Shown here in pieces: positions 12,911-24,763 of a stretch of 64,000 bases of DNA. The DNA is from Perna viridis (Eukaryota), in assembly GCA_037379345.1 (NCBI GenBank), contig CM074520.1:16471488-16535487 (forward strand), read 5' to 3'. Under the pieces are notes generated by a model that ran no database searches, was not told the DNA's origin, and saw only the letters and a program-made list of their open reading frames with translations. Numbering within the stretch: position 1 is the first letter of the stretch; the number at the start of each line of letters is the position of its first letter. The position numbers and the translations under genes are program-made.

Positions 12911-15234
12911 CTGCAAACAATAACAAGAGTCAACAGTCCCTTGTTCAATCTAGTTGTTATGTCAAAATCATTTTCATTGTTAGAGGAAGGCAGCAACCAT
13001 AGAATTTAAAATTGATACAGAAAATTTTTCATAATGATACATTACTCCAAATATTTCTGAATTTGAAGTAGGTTTTTATTTGCATCTTAATTGAAATCAT
13101 GCAGAGCTAACAAGTTCTGGACTCCACCCCTTACATTTAAGTTTTACAGATAGCTAAAAAGATAGGATTATTAGTATTTGTGTCAGTTTCAAGTACTCAG
13201 TTTGTTAAAGTCACATTTTTATATTTTTGCTGTATCATTGCTCATGTGAATGTTTCTTGGAGGATCAAAGAATACTCACAGTTAGAAGATTTATCTCAAA
13301 TGATGTTAAGTTTATTTTCCATTGACCTTTGAAATGGTTTTAAGCCTCTAATTGTATCTACTGTCATAGTATTATGGAATGGATTGGGAGGCAAAAGAAG
13401 CTTCTTCATACAGAGTGTGACATGAGACAGAACTAGTACAGTGATTCTCAAGTTAAATATTAGTACATTTTGTATACATAGTCATTGCCAAAAAGACAAG
13501 GAGTTGGAAAATACACAAAAGCTCGGAAAATGAAATAAACGGAAGAGAAATGCAAATAAACTTTTATTTGGAATATGAATTAATTTGACATTGCTTCTTA
13601 TCAGTCGTATATCCAGCATTTGATGGTATGGGTGTAGATAGAATTAAATGCAAAGTGAAGCAAACTTATGAGTAGGGAATACAGATTTGATTCATCATTT
13701 AAATCTTCTCTTGTCCCATTATTGGTTCCTGTATGATATTTAAAGAATATTCGTTGTCTCAGCAAGACTCAGAAAGGGAGAATAAATAGGGTTTTTCCCC
13801 TGTTTAGCTTTCTTACAATATTAATTTACAGGTACCTATCTATTCCAGACTGTCTTCAATTTGTCACATGCACAAGTTTATTCCCCCTTAATATTCCAAT
13901 AATGCTGATTGAGCACAAATCATGCAATTCATTAATTCCAGTAAACTGACTAGACTTTGAAAAAGAGATAACACTAGAATTCCAATACAACAGTTCAAGA
14001 AGGTTATTTGGAAATTTAATGAATTATGTCACCAACATGATAGGAAGATCTACCTGAAAAGGTTATTTTAAGTGGACTACGGTTTTCATTCCATTAGTCC
14101 TGATAGGATCAGAAAAAACAAAATACTTCTACTGTTCTAAAGTTAGCGGTAGTAGACAGTATTTTAATATGCAATCCATGCACATAATTTAATTAGTGTT
14201 TCAAGGTAGATAAGTCTATAGCTTGGAGTTCATTGTGAAGTGGGTTTTTTAGGCAGAAAATCAGATTATTTAGTGTTTTATATGAATGAATTAGTACACT
14301 TGATGGCTTCTGAAGTATTTTAGGCAACATGAATGGATGGTTTTTTTTAATGTTATGAAATATTTTATCAACAAAATTTCATGTACTGGGGAAAGTTTAA
14401 ACATTATTCATTGACTAAGAAAGGAAGTAGATTTTTTAGTAGAGACCTTTATGAATATCTTTCAAAAAAATTTTTTTGAGGGTATTTAGTAAAAGCCTGT
14501 GAGATTTTATATGTTTGATGAAGATTTTTGAAGAAATTATGGACTTAAAATGTATACATTATGTTAGACTAATACAAAGTTATGAAATCAATAAAATGTA
14601 TAATGCATGTAGATCTAAGCTAATTTTGCTTAAGTGGAGTTTTCCTGCTTGAATGCAGGATTGTTCAAAGGAAGATGGGTGGAAATAGATTTCATTGATG
14701 TCTAAATTACATAGCTGTACCTCAAATTGAAAGAGTGTGTGAAATGAAGATTTATCTAGGTGTTTAGTGACTTTCATGTTGTTTGGAATCAAATGAAAGT
14801 TATTTCAAAGTCCTTGTTTGCACATGCTTTAAATTTAAACAGACCTATCTTAATTGAATTCTAACACAAACATTACATAACTGTTATTGCAAATAAAAAC
14901 GGCTTTAAATTCCTTCAGAGCTGTTTCTCGATTGCCTGGTATAGTTTATAGTGGCATAAAATTCAGGTTGATTTTTTTGTATATGAATTTAATGGATATA
15001 TACATGATCTACTTTCTCACACATTAGTCAGCATGCATATGCATTTTCTTTCATGTATCTCCTCATCTTGTTTTATATATCATTATATGAATTAGAACTG
15101 TTATATATTTTAATTGAAAAATTTACCATTAGATCTCAATTTCTATTTAGTGATGTACAATAGTAAATCTGTTCGAATGTTTTTTTTTTTATTTTAATTT
15201 GATGAAAATACTAATACATTTTTACTTATTTTAG

Positions 15235-15259
15235 AGGCTGATTCCTGCCAGAGAAGTTG
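15235..15259 (+). CDS. 25-nt microexon (RLIPAREV), phase 0 to phase 1 bridge into the SAM exon
   Basis: Acceptor ctaatacatttttacttattttag with branch-like CTAAT; donor TTG|GTAAGT; open frame. The phases connect exon 1-885 (or 4998-5081) to 46025. Confidence 0.7.
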
Positions 15260-18200
15260 GTAAGTCATCTTTATTATTATGGAAATTAAAAAAATATCTA
15301 TAAAATCTGAATCCATTTTTTTTTTGTTAATCTAAACTAATGCATGGTGATTTTAATCAACACACACCCCTTTTATATGAAAGACAGGCTAGGTGATTTG
15401 GCTGTCTACCTTAAATAGGAGGCCATAGATATTAAAGACCACTATATTACACCCATAATTCTCTAAGACTGTTACAATTGAAGTATTGTTCTTTAATATG
15501 AGTTACAATTTCCTTGACTTGCAGCATTTGACATTACTGCAGAGTTCACAAAAACATTTCCTACATTGTCGTTCCTGGTCTGACCAGATGAAATATTATA
15601 TCTGATATATTTTGGAAGCCCATGAAATCTTTATTCTGTCATACTCTGGTCCTGCACTGATCCCTCAGAAGCAGGATTAGCCCTATTTGGCCACTCATAT
15701 CAGACAAATTTTCCAAACTCTTGTTTCTTGTTTCTATATATATATACTCACTGTAGGCAGTATTGTCTATTGAAAAAGTACAGTCTGTTATCACAAGTCA
15801 AGGTTTGTTGCTGTTGACTACAGTGTGAGAACTCTTGAACGGAAACTTCAAAGATCTAATTTTTAACCAGCAAAGATTAAAATAACAAGGATAGCTTTGT
15901 CCATTTTAGAAGTTGAATGTGATATTATCACTGAGAAGATGTGCAAAACTTGCCAAAGTCACGAATACGATTTATCATTAAATTGATAAAGATGTTGTGT
16001 GACTTAAATGTGAAGTTCTGCTTTGCTTGGTTTACAACTCACAGAAATCTTCTTGTTTTGAATTATAGTAGTTCTTAGTACTTTATATTGTGATTTTAGC
16101 CCTGAAGGCCGCATGCATAATGAACGTAAATTGACTTTTTAAGAAGATTTGTACAAATATGGGACTAGGCTTGGAAGACAAACCTTACTAGATAAATAAA
16201 TAAAGGGCTCAATTCTATTTGATAAACATGATGGTATATATAGGTGGAGAGTTTATAAACAATATGATTCACCCTGACCAATTCACCCAGTTTCATTACT
16301 CAACAGATTTGTTGTAAACTTGATAAAGTACATGCCCTGTATGACTTCACCTATTTACCCATTGTTCTAGTAATTTACAGCGAAACCCACAGTACAAAAC
16401 TTCTCTTAAACTAAGATTTTGTCAGTTATATTAAGGTGTTCTGGTCATTCAGGTTCAAAACACATTTTACTCATGATTACTGGTAAGCTTTCTAACTGTT
16501 GGTTTATAAAGGTAACGAGTTTGTTCAGGGTTAAGGTTTGAGAGGTTATACTATAAATAGTTGTGTTGCTGGTCTGTTCCTGAAGAGATTATTACAGGGA
16601 TATAATGTGTGAAATATAAATTTCTGAGTTTGATAAATTAAAGAGCACTAAGCTAATTTTACCAACCCAAGAAACCAGTTACTACTGATGGTTACTGATC
16701 TAGTTAATAATTCTAAAATAACAAACCCATAAATGGCTAAGGTATGCCATTGTTTTCTTTTGACAAAATGCATCACTTAGCTCTAGATGCTCGAAGTTAC
16801 TAAGGACTGCATATTCTAAGAAGTAGAGAATTCTATGGAAATATTGGAATGAATGTTTGTTGAAGTAGATGGAGGTTAATTAATTCAATAGTTATATTGA
16901 TGTAATTCTACTGAACATGTATGCTGGTTTGTTCATTGTTGCTAGCCTCTTGACCAAATTCTTTATGTCAGTTGATAAAAAGAGCATATTTTATGAAAGT
17001 ACATCATAATGTAAATCAGAGATACTTTATTTGCCCTTAAGATGGGAGTTGACTAAATATCTCTATCAAGTATTTGGCTTACATGTACAATGGTATAGAC
17101 ATTCTTGATAATCATGTATAAATTTAGATTGGTAGATATATCATTCCAAAGGTGGGGTTTAAACTCATAAATTATCACTGATCATATTCAAGGCCAGTTG
17201 ACCATTAAATTGGAAATCCTATCACATGATCAGTGATTGTTATGGAGTTACTTCCCCTTGATCAACTCTTCCCCATGGTGTTGTATTTGACAGCCCTTTG
17301 ATAGAGCCGTCAGTTTTTGAATGATCCATTTACAATCTGTTTAGGTTATGAAGTGATAAAATTTTGAATTAAAGGATTATTTTCTGGGTTTCTTAACTTC
17401 AATGGAGTATTTGTGATCCTACCATAACCAATAAACTTGTTCTACAAGCTTAGATTAGAAGCATGTGTAACCCGTTTAGCCTTTATTCTATAGTTATCAT
17501 GAATTCTGTCCATGAGATTGACAACATTGCTTAACAAACTGCTGAATTTAAACTTGTATCCTTGACAGTTAAGAGAAAATCTTTTGTGAACAATCAGAAT
17601 CTGATTGAAAATAACTCTAATTCTGACCTAGTTGAGCAGCACATTCACTGTCTAAAATGCCTTGCATGCATTCAACTTTTATCTTCACAAATCAACCCAA
17701 CTAATCGTCAATTCAAATATATTCTTAACTTGTTTTAAGGTATCCCTTCTGCTGTTTGCAAAATAAAATATGTTTTACATATTTGTGAACTCAATCGAGT
17801 GCATCTGATAATCCCATGTTTAAGTACAAGAGAACATGAATTGTTTGTATAGGATGTTTTTCTCTGTGTATCAGCATTTTCCCACCACTACAAAGGCAGT
17901 ATAGTAAACATGGGATATGTATTTTCACTAATTACTACCTCTATCTAAATGAAGGTCATAAATGTACAGATATCTGAAGAAGTTTATCAAATATTCGTAT
18001 ACAAATCAACATATTGAATGGATCCATTCCTTGAGGTACATACACAGGGAGATATCTTCCTTTTTTGTGACTTGCTAAGTAGATTTTGTGTATTAATTTG
18101 ACTGCTTTGAGTTATTTCTTTCATGCAATGACAGTTACAAAACAAACAAATGCAGCTTATTTTTATTATTCTTTGGAACATTCTTCAAGTTTGTGGTAAC

Positions 18201-19464
18201 ATAAACTACTAGATGTGTGTTAATGTCCACAAGAACTATAGGCATTTATATTTTCGATTCATTCATCTTCATTACAGTAAATAAATTGGTGGCTTAACAG
18301 TAAATTTGTTGGTAGCACTCCTTGTATGGTAGAACTATTAGTTTACATGTTAAGGTTATCATTCAAGTATACCATTTAGTTACGTACGACGACCACCTTA
18401 ACTTTTTCTGATGTAATAATTACATAATTTTAGTCAGTTTTATTCAAGAGTACTTAGAAAAAAATTAGCAAGTTCGAAAACATTAAAGTGCACTTTAAGA
18501 GGTCTTATAATGGTGTCTATAATGTGGCTGACACCTGTAATTAAGGGTGTTAAGAATTATCTGTCTCCTGTCTTAATAATCAACAGCTTGTTGGCTGCAT
18601 CATAGATTGCATGTTCGTTTCTTTATGTTTAGGATACCCTGCATGCATGTATATACTATGTTACCACTGTTTTAATGCATCATATCAGTTGATTTGATAA
18701 AAGCCTTATGACACCCTTATTCACCTCCCCTCACTTTGATATCATTTATATGTATATAATTAATACAGTGATGTAACCACTCTTTATACCTAATCATAAC
18801 TGCTCTGACTGCTTGGCTACAATCACACCTTTCTAAAAACCTGTTCTACACGGATTGCTAGAAAACTGTGATAAGTGGTGCCAGTCCTGAAAAGTCGTTC
18901 AAACTTATCATGGAGATTACATTCAGGAAACTTGCCAGTTGGTTGTCCATAGACGATTTTTTTTTTTCCACTGTGGAGTGATTATAAAGTTTGAGTGTAG
19001 TATATGGTTTACAATGTACCTGTGTCATTGAAAATAACGATAATTTTGCTTGTGATCGGAGATTGTAAATAAAAGGGTTCTACGTCTGCCTTGCTATAAT
19101 GACCATTAAATCTTGCCGTGTCATTTTATCCGATTTACGACAGGGGGTCTCGTGACAAAATGGACACCTCTTTTCTACCTGAATGTAAGCCAAACAAAGG
19201 ATTGCATGGAATGGTAGTAACTATATTTAGTTAAGTGCCCAGCATCTGTGTTAGTTTGTTTGGATATTTCAGAAATTTTTTGCTTAAGCAGGTGTTTGTT
19301 CTGGAATAGTGTTGGAATGCCTCTATGAATTTTATCATCATGCCTGGTGTTCTGAAAAGTGGATAGAAATGGAAAAAAATTGAATTTAATCACAAAAAGT
19401 GAGATCTGGTTAAAATTAGGCTAAGTGGTAATTTTTTAGAGCATGTGAATTATATACAAGGATT

Positions 19465-19558
19465 ATGGCACGTTATGAACTGATACGAAGTTTCAGTGAA
19501 AAAATTAGAGGGATCAGATATTTTGGATTAGAAGATGCAAGAGAAAGGAAAAGAGCAG
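19465..19558 (+). CDS. Putative alternative first coding exon MARYELIRSFSEKIRGIRYFGLEDARERKRA (phase 1)
   Basis: attATGG start context, 31 open codons, donor CAG|GTACAT in phase 1 (joins 46025), CpG-richer segment upstream at about 18840-19160. Confidence 0.55.
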
Positions 19559-20583
19559 GTACATAATGACCTTCTTTCATTTTTTTAAAATCAAAATATG
19601 TCTTGGTAAGCACTTTGTATGCAATGGGTGGTTCGTTTATTGCACAAAGATTTTTTTTTTCATATTTCTGAATTTATCTTATCCTGCATTATACCTTTGC
19701 TGAAAAATATGTTTGCAAAATGCAAGGGCTTTGCTTTCTGAATTTCGTATCTTGTTATATATTTAAATATATTAAGATGCCCTTTTGAAAGTAGTTTGAA
19801 TAATTGCGTTGAAGTTAGAAACTTTTTCAGTAATGTTCTCTTATTGTTTGTAGGTACATAGTTGTATAAAAGGTTCAGGATCATTTATAATGTTACATTA
19901 ATTCAATGTTGTGTATGTTTAAGAAGGCTGTAATAAAATCAAACTTGTTGCTCGGTGGTATTTTGAAATGTTCACAAATGATTTACATAAACTGCGTAAT
20001 TTGTCACCCTTTCCATCTATCTGTGCATTTTTTATTTGCTATCTATGCACATTTTAAGAGCATTATATGTTTCCTTTGTAACTGCCTATTTGTACATTCC
20101 AACATTTGTATTTAGCATACTAATTTATTTTCTAACTTAACAACCATCCAACAAATTACTCTATCAAAACCTTCACTATAAACTACATATCTACTGTATA
20201 AAGTTGTCAAGAAAGAGAATATATTATGATAGTTCTTTATTTCTGAAGTGGCCACTATCTAAATTAGGGCAGTAAATATAACATTGTGATGTAATTTAAT
20301 GAGTTATCTCCCCTGGATAAACTAATAAGCATAATTAAGATTAGGTATCTATTTTCATGATTAAAATATACTTTTAATATTAGACATTTTTTAAATCTTA
20401 AGTGTTTTTATTATGCAGTGAATGTTCTGTTTTCTGTAAAAAAGGGCTTGACATTATAGATTATTGGTGCAAGATATTGAGATATACTGCTTGCACAGGT
20501 TGTAAATTAGCATGAATTAAAATTCCTCTGTTAAGGAATTCATTAACTCCAAGCAAATTATTTAGTCCAGCCCTGAAAGATTC

Positions 20584-20777
20584 TACTGTGAAAGTACTCT
20601 AATTCATGGATAAGGGAAGAAACATAAGTTCGTGGATTCTTTAATTCGTGGTTTTAAGGTTTTCAGTACACGCATCAATGGAAATCTCATTTTGGTTGGG
20701 AACCAAATTTTGTGGTTTGGCCTTCTCACAAAATCCATGAAAATTGGTACCCCATGAACAATAGTACTTTCACTGTA
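20584..20777. mobile_element. MITE with 26-bp imperfect terminal inverted repeats, TA-flanked
   Basis: Left end TACTGTGAAAGTACTCTAATTCATGG versus reverse complement of right end TACAGTGAAAGTACTATTGTTCATGG (22/26 identical). Confidence 0.8.
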
Positions 20778-21084
20778 TAAGTTTTGTTCATCTGTATATT
20801 CTTCTTCTAAATGTAGAGCCTATAGGGTCAATTTCAAAGTTGATGTTTTTTTTTTATCGAAAAATCTGTGACAAAAAATTTGTAGATTGAGAGAATATTT
20901 CATCTAAAATCTATTTGTGCTACATATCAAGGCAATAAGGGTAAAGGTTAGACACTTCATATCAATGTAAGGTTGAAGGTCAGACATTTCACAGCCAGGC
21001 AAAGGTGAAGGTCATCAACTTTTTTTTTCTTATTTATGCTTGTAAATAGGATTTCAAATGTTTTGCATTTCATTTTTACTCCAG

Positions 21085-21108
21085 AGTTTGAATCTTTACA
21101 TTTTTCTG
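21085..21108 (+). CDS. Putative 24-nt symmetric cassette microexon (EFESLHFS), phase 1-1
   Basis: Acceptor tgttttgcatttcatttttactccag, donor CTG|GTATGT, open in phase 1. Confidence 0.3.
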
Positions 21109-21989
21109 GTATGTTTAATTTTATCAAACTATTAAGTTAATCAAATTTTGGTTTTTTCAAATGTGCTCTTTTCAATACATAGCTTTGTAATGCATATTTC
21201 CAGTATCTTTACACTTAGATTCACCTTCTCATGTCTTTATGAAAGAAAAGTTTATGCAAGTAGAGTTACTTAACTCCTTTGCATAAAGTACTCTTGAAGA
21301 ATTTGATGGAATTTCCTCCATCATATAAAGCTGAACTGTTCTTTTCTGACGTCAAATCATTAGAAAATATAAAGAGGTTCATATGAAATGAGTTTTTTGT
21401 GATTGATGGCTTTTATCAAAATGAAACATGATCTAAAAATGCATTGCTTATGTTAACAAATTAATGAAAAGTTGCAATTTTTTGTTTCTTGCAGTGATGA
21501 ATCTGATCGTAATAAGAATATAAATGTAGCATAAATCTTGCATAAATACAAGTTACCGCGATCATTTAGTCCGAAGTTTTATTTTTTTTCTTCTGAAAAT
21601 GGCGCATTAGGTTTGCCACTGTTAGTGTGCTTTGTATGGGATAGAAAAAATATTTTGACAAAAACTAAAAGTTAATTTAGCGTGAGGGAAACCATATAAT
21701 GTAACCAAGTCGTGGTTGGTACTATCCCTGTAACCATTAGCCCTCGTCATATAACCTATTGGAGATTTATTACGGCCAGTGGACATTTGACAGGTACTGT
21801 CACCCGCATAATTAATAAACCGTGTTGTCAAAACTTTTTACCTGTAATTAAATCCTCTGTAGGTGTAGGCCATATTATAATCAAAATGTTTTATGAGGTA
21901 ACTACTAATTGACTAGGGGCTTTTTTCGCCTCTGTTTTACACAATGGTATTGTTGGTTATTGGACATATCAATACACATCAGATTGTTC

Positions 21990-22041
21990 ATGTTTGGAGC
22001 TAGGATTAAGTCAATATTGAGGAATAAATTCAAAACTGCAG
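21990..22041 (+). CDS. Putative alternative first coding exon MFGARIKSILRNKFKTA (phase 1)
   Basis: ATG-ORF ending at donor CAG|GTAAAA in phase 1; CpG-richer segment upstream at about 21500-21930. Confidence 0.5.
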
Positions 22042-23906
22042 GTAAAATTTGTAATTTCAAATGAAATGATATCAGAAACTTTTTTTTTCCCTTCTTGTGA
22101 TTATATGGCAAAAATTTATTATTAACAATACTCTCTATGATCCTGCCAGTTGGTGGAGAATAGCCAAAAAGTAATTAAAAGAATGTTTAAAACAATAATA
22201 TTGCTTTTAACATCAAAAGTCTCCTGAAATACTATTAATATTTTTGTCTTTTTAAAATGACATTTGACTTCATTACAATGATTGAATAACTTGAATGTTC
22301 AATAAATGTATATTGTATATCTATGTACTTTTAAAAGTTATGAGGAATCTTTGCTAATTCTTAACCTTTCTAGACTTTTCAAGAGCGAAGCGTGTAAATG
22401 GTGAGGCTTTGTGCATGGTAGTTGTAAAGGTTCACACGAATGTGCTTACGTAAATCAAAAAGAAGGTTTAGAATTTGTGCTTATTCATGACTTGTAGCAA
22501 TTTTGTCTGGTTATGGTGGCGCCGTTCGTGGTATAGGAGTGATGTCAGGTGTTAGCTAGGACAAGCTTATAAATATGGCAGTTGTAAAATGCAAACTATG
22601 CTTTATAGCTAGGCAGGTTGAAGTCTCTTATGAAAGCTGGCTTTTGTCATGGTGGTGTAAATCTTGGCTGGAAAGCTGATAAAGTAAACTTCTATTTACT
22701 GAAGAACTGTAAAAATCCACCATAAATTTGTTTTCGTGAGCATGCTGCCAAATTTTCTGCCTTTAATGTGTATTTAATGAGTAATTATCCACTCCAGCTA
22801 AAGTATGCTTGACCCAAAAACCCAAATCAAGTGGACCTTTTTGTTTTATGATATAGAAGTGCACAGCATATAAAACATCCAGAAGTTTGGAAATTATTGT
22901 TTATGACTAAGGAAATAGAACTCATTTCTTTATTTTTATGTTTCATAAATCAGTTAGGAATGATTTATTTGGTCGTTATTATTTATTTATAATGGGACTG
23001 ACATGTCCAGTGACCTGAAAAATGACCTTTGTTGGTATACGAAGGGATCAGAAAATTCTCATTGCATAAATTTTATTTATTGAATCTAATGACTGAAAAT
23101 GAATATTTTAACAGTACTTGACTGAATTAAAACACAAAACAAGACGAGACATCGTCTCAAAGTTTCTTGTTTGGAGGAAAGTTGGAGTTAACTCCCTTTT
23201 TGTAGCTGCTGCTGAATATTCCTAATTGTTTTGAAAAAAATGAGTTCATAGTCTCCTTTGTTTAAATGTGACACTACAGTTTCATTGTCCTGTACATAGC
23301 CAAGGGCAGTAACTTGTATCTTCACACCTGAGTAGCCTCCACAATATGTTGTGGTGTGACACTTTATGGCAAATACATCATTTTCCTGTGTAACTTGTCA
23401 ATAAATTATAAGTTGGTAATGTGTGAACTGATGACCTTTAATGATCTGTAACATGTATTTAATGATTTGTTTATAGCTTCAGTGTTAGGTTGGGTGATAG
23501 ATAATTTCAATATTTTTTTTCTGTGGTTTACTATTGTGGTTTATGTTTGTTATTATATACCGGCAGCATGGACCATTATTTAAGGTATTGTAAATGAACA
23601 AATCGTTAATGTGAAAAATCTACATTTTTATAAAATCTGATGATATTGGAAGGATAGAGACTCTTAAGATTTTTGTCAACAATAATGTGAATAGTTTATA
23701 ATGATACTTATGTAACAGATGGTTACTGAGATGCAGATATTTTCCTTGAAAATTTTTTACTTTGTAAATTATGTTTGTGGTATATTAATTATGATGTAGA
23801 AGAGTCCTTAAAATACCCATTTGACATGAATTTATAAGGGCCAAGTATGACAACTTGATTGTTAAAATCATGTGAAAAGATTTATTAAGAACAAAAGTCC
23901 TTAAAT

Positions 23907-23964
23907 ATTGCTAATCTGAGATGTGGTTTGTAAAAATTGCTAATTTGAGATGTGGTTTGTAAAA
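23907..23964. repeat. 29-bp tandem duplication
   Basis: ATTGCTAATCTGAGATGTGGTTTGTAAAA followed by ATTGCTAATTTGAGATGTGGTTTGTAAAA (one mismatch). Confidence 0.9.
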
Positions 23965-24258
23965 CATGGTTTGAATCTTCAATTGATTCTCAAATTTATA
24001 CAAGGAAGGAACCACGTTCATCAATACCGTCACAAAAATAATTTTGAACTACTATTTTAAGCCTCTGATTATTTTCACACGTCTTGAGTCTTAAGTAAAT
24101 TACACACAATAAATCATTCTTTTTTTCTTTAAATGTCAAAGTCAAACATAGTGTCCTGTTATGAGGAAGTATAGTAAATATAACCTTCTATTTCATGTCT
24201 TTTCTGTGAACTTCAGCTCATGGCCACAATATTGACTTGCGCTGTAATTACCATTATC

Positions 24259-24763
24259 GTCCCGTGCAGGTCCGGGTGTTAAAAGAATAGGCCTGCAGCA
24301 GCGCTAAGCTTGTCGTATAAGGCGACTAAAAAGTGCTCAGAAACCTAGCCGGGGGCTAGGCGCTCTGCCCACAGAGCAACTGGGATGTGTGCCCCAGGTT
24401 GTGGAATGGGGTACCCCTGGTGTGTTGCATGCTGGGGTTGTCAGGCTATAATACAGAAAACCTGACCGCAAACCATAGTGGTGCACCGTGTTGGGAAAGA
24501 TGCCATGTTCCTCGCACGTTAAAGAACCCTGCTGTGGTATTCGATAGGAATAGGAACCTTTGCGCTCTGCCACAGGAGGCTAAATTGCCCAACCTTACCC
24601 ACCCCCCTTTTTCCAGTGGCAATCAAAATTTGTCGACCCTATTATCCTTGTGACCCCTCTTTTTTTTCTTCATTTCATGTTCATTTTATCATCCATTTCA
24701 TGTTCATTGTCTGAATATAGCTGAAATATTGCTGCTCGGACGTTAAACCCCAACAAACAAACA
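24259..24763 (+). mobile_element. 505-bp non-autonomous retroposon (SINE-like) with a structured non-tRNA 5' end and (CAAA)n tail
   Basis: Perfect 15-bp direct repeats GTAATTACCATTATC at 24244-24258 and 24764-24778. Sharp GC/CpG increase relative to the flanks. 3' end TAGCTGAAATATTGCTG...CGTTAAACCCCAACAAACAAACA resembles mollusc SINE tails (from recall, not a search). Confidence 0.9.

Noticed and set aside
24337-24653. ORFs 24337-24573 (-) and 24387-24653 (+)
   Set aside because: By-products of the GC-rich retroposon; no recognisable domain.
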